From Alphaproteobacteria bacterium (GTDB taxonomy: Bacteria > Pseudomonadota > Alphaproteobacteria > SP197), in NCBI GenBank assembly GCA_964291415.2, contig OZ219918.1:768001-832000 (forward strand): a DNA stretch of 64,000 nt, in the 5' to 3' direction. The notes under the pieces are model-generated. The model had not been told where the DNA came from, ran no database searches, and saw only the letters and a program-made list of their open reading frames with translations. The position numbers and the translations under genes were made by a program. Position 1 is the first letter of the stretch; the number at the start of each line of letters is the position of its first letter. Shown here piece after piece: positions 29,601 through 37,861 of this stretch.

Positions 29601-29915
29601 GTGGGAGCGCCGTCGACCCAGTGGTGGGTCCAGCTGGCAAGCGCCATCGTGTTCGGCCTGGCATTCGCCACGGTCCTGACTCTGATTGTCACGCCATGCG
29701 CCCTGATGGTGCGCGAGAACGTTGGCAGCTGGCGCCAGGCCCGCAAGGCACGCCGTTCCGCCGCGCGGGTACGGCGCTGGAAGCCGCGGAATGATCCTCC
29801 CCGACAGGAACGGGTGATCGGTGGTCGCACGGCGTATCCTGTGGATCGCAGCGGCGGTTGTCGCTCTCGCGGCCATCTACACGGTTGCCTGGCACGGCCT
29901 TGCGCTCAGGCTTGA
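26637..29915 (+). CDS. RND efflux permease (AcrB/AcrD/AcrF family); the true 3' end may lie near 29794-29817
   Basis: PKESDPDINIP, GMLVDGAIVVTE, GEFMKYLP, GIVVNNNIVLID, RLRPVLLT. The last about 50 aa look non-native and overlap the next gene by 95 nt. Confidence 0.92.
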   Translation: MNALINAALDRPRTVMLTLVLLLVVGVSVYIAIPKESDPDINIPIIYVSMHHEGISPDDAVSLLIKPMEQELRGIEHVSEVRSTAYEGGANVTLEFEAGFDPDTALEDVRSRVDIAKTDLPDDTDDPTVHEINLSLFPVLVVSLSGNVPERTMLRLARTLKDNIEGVSEVLEAVIKGDREEVIEVIVDPVVLESYRLNVVEIARDISRSNRPVAVGLMDTGAGQFAIKVPGLIDDVNDFLGLPLKIEGDATANVGEVAEVRRTFKDARVHARVKGEPALTIEVSKRTGENIIETIEKVRAVVAATSAGWPPSVKVAFSRDESKGIRLMLADLQNNVMTAVLLVMVVIVWCLGWRSAALVGVAIPGSFLTGILVLAIAGLTLNIVVLFSLILAVGMLVDGAIVVTEYADRKMSEGLDRREAYFAAASRMAWPITASTLTTLVAFFPLMFWTGMVGEFMKYLPITLIAVLSASLAMALIFVPTLGSLFGKSAGHDSDQARALSEDSGGSLDGVRGFTGLYLGILRVLLRHPVKVLLVSVLLLAGVQVAYARYGNGVEFFPDIEPERAAFQIHARGNLSTAEKDSLVREVEDGLLDMNEFETIFAASGGREDNRGAEDVIGTVNVELVDWSLRRPASAIFEEVLERLAGLAGIHVESRGQRRGPRSAKPIKIQVSSSDPVLLEGAVATLRDHLDEVDGLRDIEDSRPIPGIQWEVVVDRTQAAKFGADVGSVGSIIQLVTRGLRITTVRLEDSNEEIDVLARFPEDMRTLDGLDQLRVETPLGHVPIRNFVERSARPRVGRIQRVDGERVMTVEADIKEGVLADSLVRDLQAWLGTVELGPGVEVEFRGDNERQEEASEFLLKAFIVAIFMMAIILVTQFNSFYSAFLILTAVIMSTVGVMIGLLVTGKPYGMIMSSIGVIALAGIVVNNNIVLIDTFDRLRRTIGDPVEAILRTGAQRLRPVLLTMVTTILGLMPMVLQVNIDFVTREVSVGAPSTQWWVQLASAIVFGLAFATVLTLIVTPCALMVRENVGSWRQARKARRSAARVRRWKPRNDPPRQERVIGGRTAYPVDRSGGCRSRGHLHGCLARPCAQA

Positions 29916-30832
29916 AGGGATCATGGACGAGGCCGCGGCCCCGTCTGCGGAGAAGGACTGGCACGCCTCCTGGGCACGGCTGGAAGCGGACGGCTTTCCC
30001 TTTGCCATGCGCATGACCGCCCGGCAGCCGAGCGTTGTCTGGGGACGCGGCGGCGAGCAGGCCACCTGGCAGGCGTCGGAACTCGTGATCATCACGAATC
30101 CGTTCAACCCGGCAGTCGTGTCGCTGGAACTGCCCCGCAGGCAGGATCTTGCCTTCGAGACACCGTCGCGCCGTCAGGTCGTCGGCGTGTCCATGGTTCA
30201 GGGCCGCGCTGCCATCGGGTTTGCATCCGGCGAGGTGGATGCCATCGATATCGGTCTCGAGGATGTGACCTTGATCTCCGGCAACGGGAACAGCTCTCGC
30301 CGCGGCCGGTACGCTGGATCTCGTCTCGGCTGCACGCAGCGACGGGGAGGGCAGGGATGTCTTCCTGGAGGTGACGGACCTGACGACCGGGGGCGGGCCC
30401 GCCGGGCGGGTGGAACGAGGCTTGGCGCGGATGCGCGTGGCGGGCGCCTTGCCGCTCCAGGGTACGGCGAGGGAACGAGTGGACGCCTGGAGGCGCGCCG
30501 GCGGTTACGTGGACCTGGAAGATCTCGTTCTCGAGCGGCCGCCGGTCGTGGCCCGGGGCCAGGGACGCGTCGCGCTCGACGGGGAGAACCGGCCCATCGG
30601 CGCCCTGCGCCTCGACATCGTCGGCTATCGCGAGATCATCACGGTTCTGGCGCAGTCGGGCAAGGTGCGTCAGGACCAGGCGGAGATCCTGTTGGCGGCA
30701 CTCGATTTCATGGCCGGCCCCCCGGTTGACGGCCAACGGCGTCTTGATGTCGACCTTTCAATGCAACACGGGCGGTTGACCATCGGTCCTTTCACCGTCA
30801 TGCGCCTTGCCCCGCTGTGGCCGCCGCCATGA
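29821..30832 (+). pseudogene. DUF2125-like protein with an apparent +1 frameshift near 30286-30288
   Basis: The N-terminal half (TM...YTVAWH, DGFPFAMR) in frame 29821 joins the C-terminal half (AWRRAGG, G.VALD...RPIG, GRLTIGPF) in frame 30371..30832 if one G of GGG is removed, giving 336 aa. Confidence 0.7.
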
Positions 30833-30848
30833 TGAGGGTCCGGGCGGT

Positions 30849-32261
30849 TCAGCCGCGTGCCGTGACGTCGAGGACGAGGCCGGGCAGCCGCGAGACATCA
30901 CCAAGGCAACGTCGCAAGCTTCGCTTCTGACGGGGTGCAAGCTGCGTCACGTCGATGCCCGGACCAGCGGCAGCACCGGCCTCGAGATCCCTGATCTGCT
31001 GCCTGATCATGAGGTCCAGAAAAACCTCGTGGGCTTCGGTGAATGCCAGCATGTCGGCCCTGGCGATCACGCCGAGTTCGGCCAGGGCTGCCAGGCGCAT
31101 GGCGGTGCCGGTCGCTTCTATGCCGTGACGCAAGGCCATGGCGCGGGCCCCTGCGACCAGTGGAAACAGACCACCGATCTTGAGATCGAGACGCCCATCC
31201 TTCGTCTTCAGAACACCCAGAAACCCGCGAGGCGAAACCCAGGTCTGCAACTGCTCCGCCATCATTCTCGGCAACACCGGAGTGCGGGCCGTTTCCAGTG
31301 CCCGACTGCGCAGCCGGTCGGTCAGCATGCGCTCGCCGTGCACGTGAACCAGATCGAAGAAGATGTCGACATTGAGCAGACTCGCGCCGTCGGCGCGTGC
31401 CGCCCAACCGGCGATGACCTTCTGCCAGCCGTCGATGGACCGTCGCCACTCGGGATTGGAGGCCATGACCCCGCCCTTGCAATAGGGCAGGCCGGCTGCG
31501 TCCAGCAGATCGCAGGCCCCTGTTGCGATGCGCTGGAGGACGGCGTCCTCCACCTCGCCGGTGCTGACGATGGCGTTGTCCTGATCGCCGGCGAGCAGGG
31601 ACTCGCCGCGTCCGGCGGATCCAAGAATGAAGAAGGCCCAGCCGTCTTCCGCCTCATCGGCCGCGGCGAGGCGGGCAGCGCGGGCCGTGAGCTTGCGATA
31701 GAAGCTCGAGATCATCGAGGCAATGCGCGAGGCGCTCATGCCCTCTTCGAGCAGCGCGCCGGCCATCGGCGCCAGCCGGCCATGAACCTCTGCCAGGTCC
31801 TGCGCGCCGGTGGCGGCATCGAGTGCATCGTTGATGGCAAGGGCCTCGCCCGCCTGGTGCCGGACCAGCAGCTTCGAGGTCATGATGCCGCACAGGGCGC
31901 CGGACGATTCCGTGACGGCGAGGTGGCGCAGGGACAGCCTCGTCATGCGGCCAAGGGCCACGTAGGCGGGCTCGTCAGCCATGACGGAGATGAGCGGCGT
32001 TGACATCAGCTCGCCGGATGTCAGCCCGAGAGCGGCCGGGCCGTGGCTTGCCACGGCCCGCACGACGTCGCGTTCGGTGATGATTCCGGGGCCGCCAGCC
32101 TGGCCCTCGCGGTCGACCAGGACCGACGAGATGTGCCGATCGATCATCGTCGAGGCGGCATCGGCGAGCAGACAGCCGGGTTCAACGAATACGAGATCGC
32201 CTGCCATGATATCGCGGACGCGAAAGCGCCACGGCCAGGTATCGACCTGATGGCGATTCAT
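30849..32261 (-). CDS. CBS-pair plus DUF294 nucleotidyltransferase-like protein
   Basis: Two CBS domains (GIITERD, LRHLAV), NTase motif LGSAGRGESLLAGDQDNA, CKGGVMASNPEW, DIFFD, LDLKIGGL. Confidence 0.88.
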   Translation of the reverse strand: MNRHQVDTWPWRFRVRDIMAGDLVFVEPGCLLADAASTMIDRHISSVLVDREGQAGGPGIITERDVVRAVASHGPAALGLTSGELMSTPLISVMADEPAYVALGRMTRLSLRHLAVTESSGALCGIMTSKLLVRHQAGEALAINDALDAATGAQDLAEVHGRLAPMAGALLEEGMSASRIASMISSFYRKLTARAARLAAADEAEDGWAFFILGSAGRGESLLAGDQDNAIVSTGEVEDAVLQRIATGACDLLDAAGLPYCKGGVMASNPEWRRSIDGWQKVIAGWAARADGASLLNVDIFFDLVHVHGERMLTDRLRSRALETARTPVLPRMMAEQLQTWVSPRGFLGVLKTKDGRLDLKIGGLFPLVAGARAMALRHGIEATGTAMRLAALAELGVIARADMLAFTEAHEVFLDLMIRQQIRDLEAGAAAGPGIDVTQLAPRQKRSLRRCLGDVSRLPGLVLDVTARG

Positions 32262-33613
32262 GGAACGTGCCAGCCCAGGGATCGTTGCTCGGAACGGGTG
32301 CGCCGCGCCCGCCTGGCAAAGGCGAGTGCGTCACCCAGCGTCACGACACCCTGGTCCTCGAGCAGCGGCACGATGCGCGTGAAGAGTTCGGCAGCGGAGA
32401 GTGCGTCACCCAATGCCGTGTGCCGGCCACCGACGGCAACGCCGAAGTGCCGGCAGACGGCATCGAGATCCAGCAAATGCAGGTCAGGCTCAAGGACGGC
32501 GACAAGGTGGCCGGTGTCCAGGGAGAAGGGGGTGGACCAGGACGTCGCGCAACGCCGGCTTTCAGCGGTCAGGATGGCGAGGTCGAAACCGATGTTGTGA
32601 CCGATCACGACGCAGTTGCCGGAGATCTCTTCCAAGCAATCGAGACCGGTCCTGACTTCGGGCGCCCCCTCGACCATGGCGTTGTCGATGCCGTGAATGG
32701 CCGTCGAGACCCGTGGAATGGGGGTTGCCGGATCGATCAGCATGTCGAGATTGGCATGGGCATAGATCCGGACGCCATGCGTCCTGACGGCGCCGATGGA
32801 GACGATCCGGTCCCGTCGGGGATCGAGTCCGGTGGTTTCGCAATCGACGACGACGCCCGGGATCTCGGCAAGCGGCGTGGTTGCTTCGGGTGGAGCGGAC
32901 GGCGGAAGACTGTCGTGGAGCGCCAGATCATGATCGAGTTCATGGCCGCCCCCATCACCGGGAGGCGCCTCGAGAATCATCACCCAGCCTCCGCGGTCGC
33001 CAAGGGCGGCGATACGTGCGGGGATGTTGCGACCGTCCACGGACCGGACGCTGGCGACCGGCTCCGGGTTGTCCGGCTCCGGAACGCTTTCGCGCGTGAT
33101 GGCGGCGAACACGCTTGTTCCCGGACTGAGTGCGTCGGCGGGAAAGATCTGCCTGGCGGCGTTGTTGACCAGGCTGACCAGTCCGGTGGGCGTGACGACC
33201 ACCACGCCGGTGGGGAGCGCCGCAAGGATCCCTGTCAGACGCTGTTCCGTCAGCTGGCGCTGGTCTTCCCGGGACGCAAGAACACTGTCAACGGTGCCCG
33301 CGAGCGCTTTCAGTTCGCGGTTGGTGACCATGCGGTCGGCGTGGTCGAAAAAGCGTTGTCCCTCCCCGCCGGCGAGCAGCAGGCTGCCGCGCAGCCGCTG
33401 GATGTCCCTCTTGTGTCCGCGGACAAGGGTCATGGCGGACCACAGGGCTCCTGCGGCAATGATGACTCCGGTTCCTATGGCAAGCGCGCGCAGGGCGAGG
33501 TGTTCCGGCCACGATGTCCACGCGGCGAGAAGCGCCAGCCACAGTACCGCACCCGCAGACGACACCAGGCACACGATCATGCCCTGCCAGTACCGTGTTT
33601 CCGGCTTCAGCAC
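32258..33613 (-). CDS. Membrane-anchored PAS-like plus DEDDh 3'-5' exonuclease (DnaQ-like) protein
   Basis: Two N-terminal transmembrane segments, PAS-like ALPTGVVVV..G.VSLVNNAA, ExoI DCETTG, ExoII GHNIGFD, ExoIII RHTALGDA. Confidence 0.85.
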   Translation of the reverse strand: MLKPETRYWQGMIVCLVSSAGAVLWLALLAAWTSWPEHLALRALAIGTGVIIAAGALWSAMTLVRGHKRDIQRLRGSLLLAGGEGQRFFDHADRMVTNRELKALAGTVDSVLASREDQRQLTEQRLTGILAALPTGVVVVTPTGLVSLVNNAARQIFPADALSPGTSVFAAITRESVPEPDNPEPVASVRSVDGRNIPARIAALGDRGGWVMILEAPPGDGGGHELDHDLALHDSLPPSAPPEATTPLAEIPGVVVDCETTGLDPRRDRIVSIGAVRTHGVRIYAHANLDMLIDPATPIPRVSTAIHGIDNAMVEGAPEVRTGLDCLEEISGNCVVIGHNIGFDLAILTAESRRCATSWSTPFSLDTGHLVAVLEPDLHLLDLDAVCRHFGVAVGGRHTALGDALSAAELFTRIVPLLEDQGVVTLGDALAFARRARRTRSEQRSLGWHVP

Positions 33614-34308
33614 CCGGTTTCTCCGCGCTCGGCGCGGGCTCTCCAGTCCTCGAGGAGCCCATGGCCATCCATGCGCCGGCGGACCTGCTCGCGGACATCG
33701 CGCCAGCGAAAGCGGATCGAATTGGTCACGATCTCTTGATCGAGTTCCCTGTACTCATCGATGACGGGTGCCAGGCGGACAAGATCGATCTCGCTGCCGA
33801 AGAAGGCTGTGCGCCCCTCGGCCGCCGCCTGCCAGTTCTCGAAGCGGGCCCGCCGGTCGAAGGCATCGAATGTCGCGCCGAGGTCATCGCGTTCCGGTTG
33901 ACCTGCCAGGCCCGCCAGGGCCGCGTTGCGAAAGGCGTGACTCGCCAGGGCCTGCAGGGTGCCGTCGTCGACGGCGGCCTGCCGGCCTGCCGTGGCCACG
34001 GAATAGACCGTGAGGTCGGAGAGACAGGAAAGGAAAACCTTGACCGACGCAATGCGGATCGAGGCGGAGAATACCTCGTCCTCGAACCAGGCCCTGAAGC
34101 TCGTGCCCATGCGGGCCTTGAGGTATCCGTGGAGTGATGTCTGTGCGATGTACGAGGACCTCGTGTGGACAAACTCCACCAGGCCGTCGACCGTCCCCAG
34201 TTTCGACCGGTCGAAACGAAGCTTCAGGATTCGGGGCAGATTCGGTGCCGGCGAGACCACGGTTGTCAACAGCCGCACCATTCCCTGTTGAAATCGTGAG
34301 AGCATCAT
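33607..34308 (-). CDS. Conserved hypothetical protein associated with ActP-like symporter loci
   Basis: Coding-like ORF (FVHTRSSYIAQTSLHGYLKARMG...DQEIVTNSIRFRW) that overlaps the exonuclease start. Start chosen at MMLS (34308). Confidence 0.65.
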   Translation of the reverse strand: MMLSRFQQGMVRLLTTVVSPAPNLPRILKLRFDRSKLGTVDGLVEFVHTRSSYIAQTSLHGYLKARMGTSFRAWFEDEVFSASIRIASVKVFLSCLSDLTVYSVATAGRQAAVDDGTLQALASHAFRNAALAGLAGQPERDDLGATFDAFDRRARFENWQAAAEGRTAFFGSEIDLVRLAPVIDEYRELDQEIVTNSIRFRWRDVREQVRRRMDGHGLLEDWRARAERGETGC

Positions 34309-34403
34309 CCATAATCCCGGTGGCCGTTTCAGATGCCCCTCCTGGCTATCGACACGCGCACCGGGGGCTGGCCTACGGCACCAACTGTTGAAGGAGGCGG
34401 CGA

Positions 34404-34658
34404 ATGTCGCAGGATAACAGAAGACTACACTGGGCCAAGACGTCCCGCCTGACCTACTGGGTGCTGGCGCTCTGGCTCCTGTTCGGATACGTGTTTCCGT
34501 TCTTTGCAAAGGATCTCGACGGCGGTTCGTTCCTGGGGTTCCCGCTCGGTTACTACATGATCGTTCAGGGGTCGCTCATCGTGTTCGTTCTGTTGATCGT
34601 TGGTCAAAACTTCCTGCAGGACCGCATCGATGAAGAGTGCGGCCTGAGCGACGAATGA
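34404..34658 (+). CDS. Sodium:solute symporter small subunit (DUF4212)
   Basis: HWAKT..LT, FLGFPLGYYMIVQGSLIVFV. AAGGAGG RBS; directly upstream of the SSS gene. Confidence 0.88.
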   Translation: MSQDNRRLHWAKTSRLTYWVLALWLLFGYVFPFFAKDLDGGSFLGFPLGYYMIVQGSLIVFVLLIVGQNFLQDRIDEECGLSDE

Positions 34659-34668
34659 GGAGGGTTCA

Positions 34669-36486
34669 ATGAGCGATCAATCACAAGGAACCCGTTTCGT
34701 CGACCGTCTGGGCAGGGTTTACGGAATCTACACGCTTGGATTCCTGGGTTTCTTTGCCCTGATGGCGATTGTCGAGCAGCTTGGCGCAAGCGCCCAGCTG
34801 ATCGGCATCCTCTTCCTCCTCTTCACCATCGCGATCTACGCCACGATCGGCTGGCTCTCGCGGACCATGCAGGTCGATGCCTACTACGTTGCCGGTCGGG
34901 AAGTCCCGGCGTTCTACAACGGCATGGCGACGGCCGCGGACTGGATGTCCGGCGCATCCTTCGTCGCCCTGGCGGGAGGCATCTACTTCGGTGGCTACCC
35001 CTATCTCGGGTTTGTCATCGGCTGGACGGGAGGTTACGTGCTCGTCAACGCCCTGATGGCGCCCTATCTCAGGAAGTTCGGCTGCTACACGGTGCCCGAC
35101 TTCATCGGCACCCGATACGGTGGCAACCTGGCACGGTTCTGCGCCGTGGTGGTGCTGGTGGTCGCGTCGTTCACCTACGTGACGGCACAGATCAACGCGA
35201 CCGGCACGATTGCCGCCAGGGCCCTTGCCATACCGTTCGAGTTTGGTGTGTGGTTCGGACTCCTGGGTATCCTGCTCTGTTCGATGCTGGGTGGCATGCG
35301 CGGCGTGACCTGGACACAGGTGGCGCAGTACATCGTCCTCATCATCGCCTATCTGGTGCCGGTGATCTGGATGTCGAATGCCCAGGGCTTCGGCATCATC
35401 CCTCACTTCACCTACGGCGACGCGACGATTCGCATTGCCGAACTCGAGGCCCAGTACGGACTCGAGGCGGCGGCCCAGGCCGTGGCCGGGCTGAGGGTCC
35501 TGACAACGCCCCACTTCGATCCGCAGGGTGGACTGGATTCCTGGAAGTTCGTGACCCTTGCCTTGTGCATGATGGCGGGCACGGCCTCCCTGCCGCACAT
35601 CCTCATGCGCTACTTCACGACGCCGTCAGTGCGTCAGGCGCGCAAGTCGGTGGGCTGGTCCCTGTTCTTCATCTTCCTGCTCTACTTCACGGCGCCGGCA
35701 CTGGCGACCCTGACCAAGCTCCAGCTTCTCGATCCGAATCTGGCAACGGCGGTGGTCGGCAAGGCGATTGACGACGTCGCGAATCTCGAGTGGATCAAGA
35801 ACTGGACCGAGGTCGGCATGCTGTCGGTCGTCGACCAGAACGGTGATGGCATCGTGCAGCTCAACGAGTTCTTCATGAGGCCCGACATCGTCGTGCTGGC
35901 GACACCGGAAATTGCCGGTCTGCCCTACGTGATTTCGGGACTCGTGGCAGCCGGTGGCATGGCGGCAGCGATGTCGACTGCCGACGGTCTGCTGCTGGCG
36001 ATGGCCAACGCACTGAGCCACGATCTCTACTACAAGATCATCGATCCCAAGGCCGACACGAAGCGTCGTCTGATTGTCGCCCGTGTCCTGCTGTTGGGTA
36101 TCGGTGCCCTTGCAGCCCTGATCGCATCTTTGCAGCTCACGGGCATTCTGGGAGCCGTGGCATGGGCCTTCTGCTTCGCCTGCTCGGGTCTGTTCTTCCC
36201 GCTGGTTCTGGGAATCTGGTGGAAACGCGCCAACAGACCGGGGGCAATTGCAGGCATGATTGCCGGCTTTGTGGCGGGGACGGTTTACCTCATCCACGTC
36301 TACAACGGCGGTGACCAGCTGTGGTCGATCGACCACCTCCGGTTCGGCATGATCGGCATGCCGGTCTCGCTGGTGGCGATGGTCGTGGTTTCACTGATCA
36401 CCGAAGCACCGGATGCCGAGATGCAGGCCATGGTGGATGAAACCCGCATTCCGACGGGTAAGCCGATCCTGGCCGAAACGCACTGA
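34669..36486 (+). CDS. Sodium:solute symporter, ActP/VC_2705 subfamily
   Basis: YYVAGR.VP..YNGMATAADWMSGASF, GTASLPHILMRYFTTPSVRQAR, DIVVLATPEIAGLP, AAAMSTADGLLL. Confidence 0.93.
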   Translation: MSDQSQGTRFVDRLGRVYGIYTLGFLGFFALMAIVEQLGASAQLIGILFLLFTIAIYATIGWLSRTMQVDAYYVAGREVPAFYNGMATAADWMSGASFVALAGGIYFGGYPYLGFVIGWTGGYVLVNALMAPYLRKFGCYTVPDFIGTRYGGNLARFCAVVVLVVASFTYVTAQINATGTIAARALAIPFEFGVWFGLLGILLCSMLGGMRGVTWTQVAQYIVLIIAYLVPVIWMSNAQGFGIIPHFTYGDATIRIAELEAQYGLEAAAQAVAGLRVLTTPHFDPQGGLDSWKFVTLALCMMAGTASLPHILMRYFTTPSVRQARKSVGWSLFFIFLLYFTAPALATLTKLQLLDPNLATAVVGKAIDDVANLEWIKNWTEVGMLSVVDQNGDGIVQLNEFFMRPDIVVLATPEIAGLPYVISGLVAAGGMAAAMSTADGLLLAMANALSHDLYYKIIDPKADTKRRLIVARVLLLGIGALAALIASLQLTGILGAVAWAFCFACSGLFFPLVLGIWWKRANRPGAIAGMIAGFVAGTVYLIHVYNGGDQLWSIDHLRFGMIGMPVSLVAMVVVSLITEAPDAEMQAMVDETRIPTGKPILAETH

Positions 36487-36511
36487 CGCATCGTTGAAGA
36501 CCCTTTTGTTC

Positions 36512-36543
36512 CAGGGGGGCGGACAGAGATGTCCGCCCCCCTG
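36512..36543. terminator. Perfect 14-bp hairpin with GAGA tetraloop after the symporter (terminator or mRNA-stabilising stem)
   Basis: CAGGGGGGCGGACA-GAGA-TGTCCGCCCCCCTG. The U-tail is weak. Confidence 0.6.
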
Positions 36544-36575
36544 CCTGTTCATGACATCCTGGGAGCCGTAAACCG

Positions 36576-36947
36576 ATGACCAGCCTGGCGGCTGTTCTCC
36601 CCTGGTGGGTGGTGGGCCTCGACTACATCCTCGGCGCCATCATGTGGACGCTGATTGGCCGTGCGGCCATGAACATCTTTCTTCCCGTGACATCCGACTT
36701 CTTCTTCATGCGGGCGTTCGTCATGCTGACCGACCCGGTCCTGAGGGTTTTCCGGCCGGTGACGCCGGGATTTCTCATCGACCCGGTCGTGCCGCTGTTC
36801 GTGGCCTGGTTCTTTTTCCTGTTCCGCTTCTATGCCATGCCCTGGATTCTCGGGTATTCGGTGCTCGGCATGCTGTCCTTCCCCCTCGAGGGGGAGATCG
36901 CCGCCATCCTCTACGATCTCTTAGGTGGCGGACTCAGCGGTTCCTGA
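36576..36947 (+). CDS. YggT-like small membrane protein
   Basis: DYILGAIMWTLIGR, LTDPVLRVFRPVTP; hydrophobic. Confidence 0.7.
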   Translation: MTSLAAVLPWWVVGLDYILGAIMWTLIGRAAMNIFLPVTSDFFFMRAFVMLTDPVLRVFRPVTPGFLIDPVVPLFVAWFFFLFRFYAMPWILGYSVLGMLSFPLEGEIAAILYDLLGGGLSGS

Positions 36948-36953
36948 AGAACC

Positions 36954-37514
36954 ATGGCCGAGGAGAATGCCCTGCGTGACGCGTTCATGGTCTGGCAGTG
37001 TCTCATCCGCCAGCACGCCATGCGCAGGGAGAACGGGCGTCCATCGAGCGCCATGACACCCCGTGTCGTCCTTGCCGGCGGAAGCGAGGCAGGTCACATC
37101 CGAACCGTCCTTCTCGAAAAGCAGCCGGCTGCCTCGGCGGCTCTCTTTCGCCAGACGGTCTCGGGAACCCACGATCCCCGGGAGCGATTCGAAAAGGGGT
37201 TGAAGCACCTGGCGGCAACCTATTTTCAGACTTCGCGGGAGTTCGAGCCGCGGCTCTTCGCCCAGTTCTCCCTGCAGTCACCGGGCGCGGCCGCCCTCGT
37301 TGCCGCGGGCAGCGCGACGCTCCACTTCGAGCAGTTCAGCCAGTCCTGGATCCTGCCATGCGAGGTTCAGGACCTGCCGGGCGACGATCCCTTTGCCACG
37401 ACGCTCTTCTGGCACAATGCCCTCTTCGCCCCGCCTCCCGCAGCGACACGGGCCCTTGCCTTCCTTCCCGACTGGCAAACAGCCACAGCCAATCCCCCGG
37501 TCGGGCGCGGTTGA
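36954..37514 (+). CDS. Conserved hypothetical protein (possibly a split-barrel/PNPOx-like fold)
   Basis: LRDAFMVWQC.IRQ.AMR...GRP, THDPRERFEKGL, WHNALF. Co-directional and closely spaced with the upstream gene. Confidence 0.65.
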   Translation: MAEENALRDAFMVWQCLIRQHAMRRENGRPSSAMTPRVVLAGGSEAGHIRTVLLEKQPAASAALFRQTVSGTHDPRERFEKGLKHLAATYFQTSREFEPRLFAQFSLQSPGAAALVAAGSATLHFEQFSQSWILPCEVQDLPGDDPFATTLFWHNALFAPPPAATRALAFLPDWQTATANPPVGRG

Positions 37515-37861
37515 TGCGCCCTGGTGCTGGCTCCGTGATGCCGGTGCCTGGCATTGATCGGATCTGCAGAACCGCGCATTCGAACTCAAGGATGTCAAGC
37601 GACCGGATTGACTTCATGAACGCAATAGGTCGAAACCCGAGCCCTCCGCCCAACAATGGGAGTTCAATCGAAAACACTGAATCGCCTTCGCTCGCTCTTG
37701 GACAGATGAAGGTCCATCTAGTCCGCGACCAGAGGCTCAATACCTGACACGTCAACCCCGTTGGATGCCGCAGCAATGTCATCACATGATTGCATGTTCA
37801 TCCAGTATGTCGGGGTTGTGTTGAAGGCACGGGCACGGCGCAAGGCCGTGTCAGGTGTCAT

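Noticed and set aside
27330-29876. Long antisense ORFs, for example 848 aa here; also 21049-23106, 56127-57938, 48366-50027, 18112-19779 and 15075-16658
   Set aside because: They lie opposite well-supported genes, show no family motifs and are expected shadow ORFs in high-GC coding DNA.
32258-33613. DNA polymerase III epsilon (dnaQ)
   Set aside because: The N-terminal transmembrane and PAS-like regions and the transporter context argue against the replicative proofreading subunit.
37515-37717. Lower-GC stretch downstream of higA as a possible toxin remnant
   Set aside because: No frame gave a recognisable RelE/HigB-like sequence.
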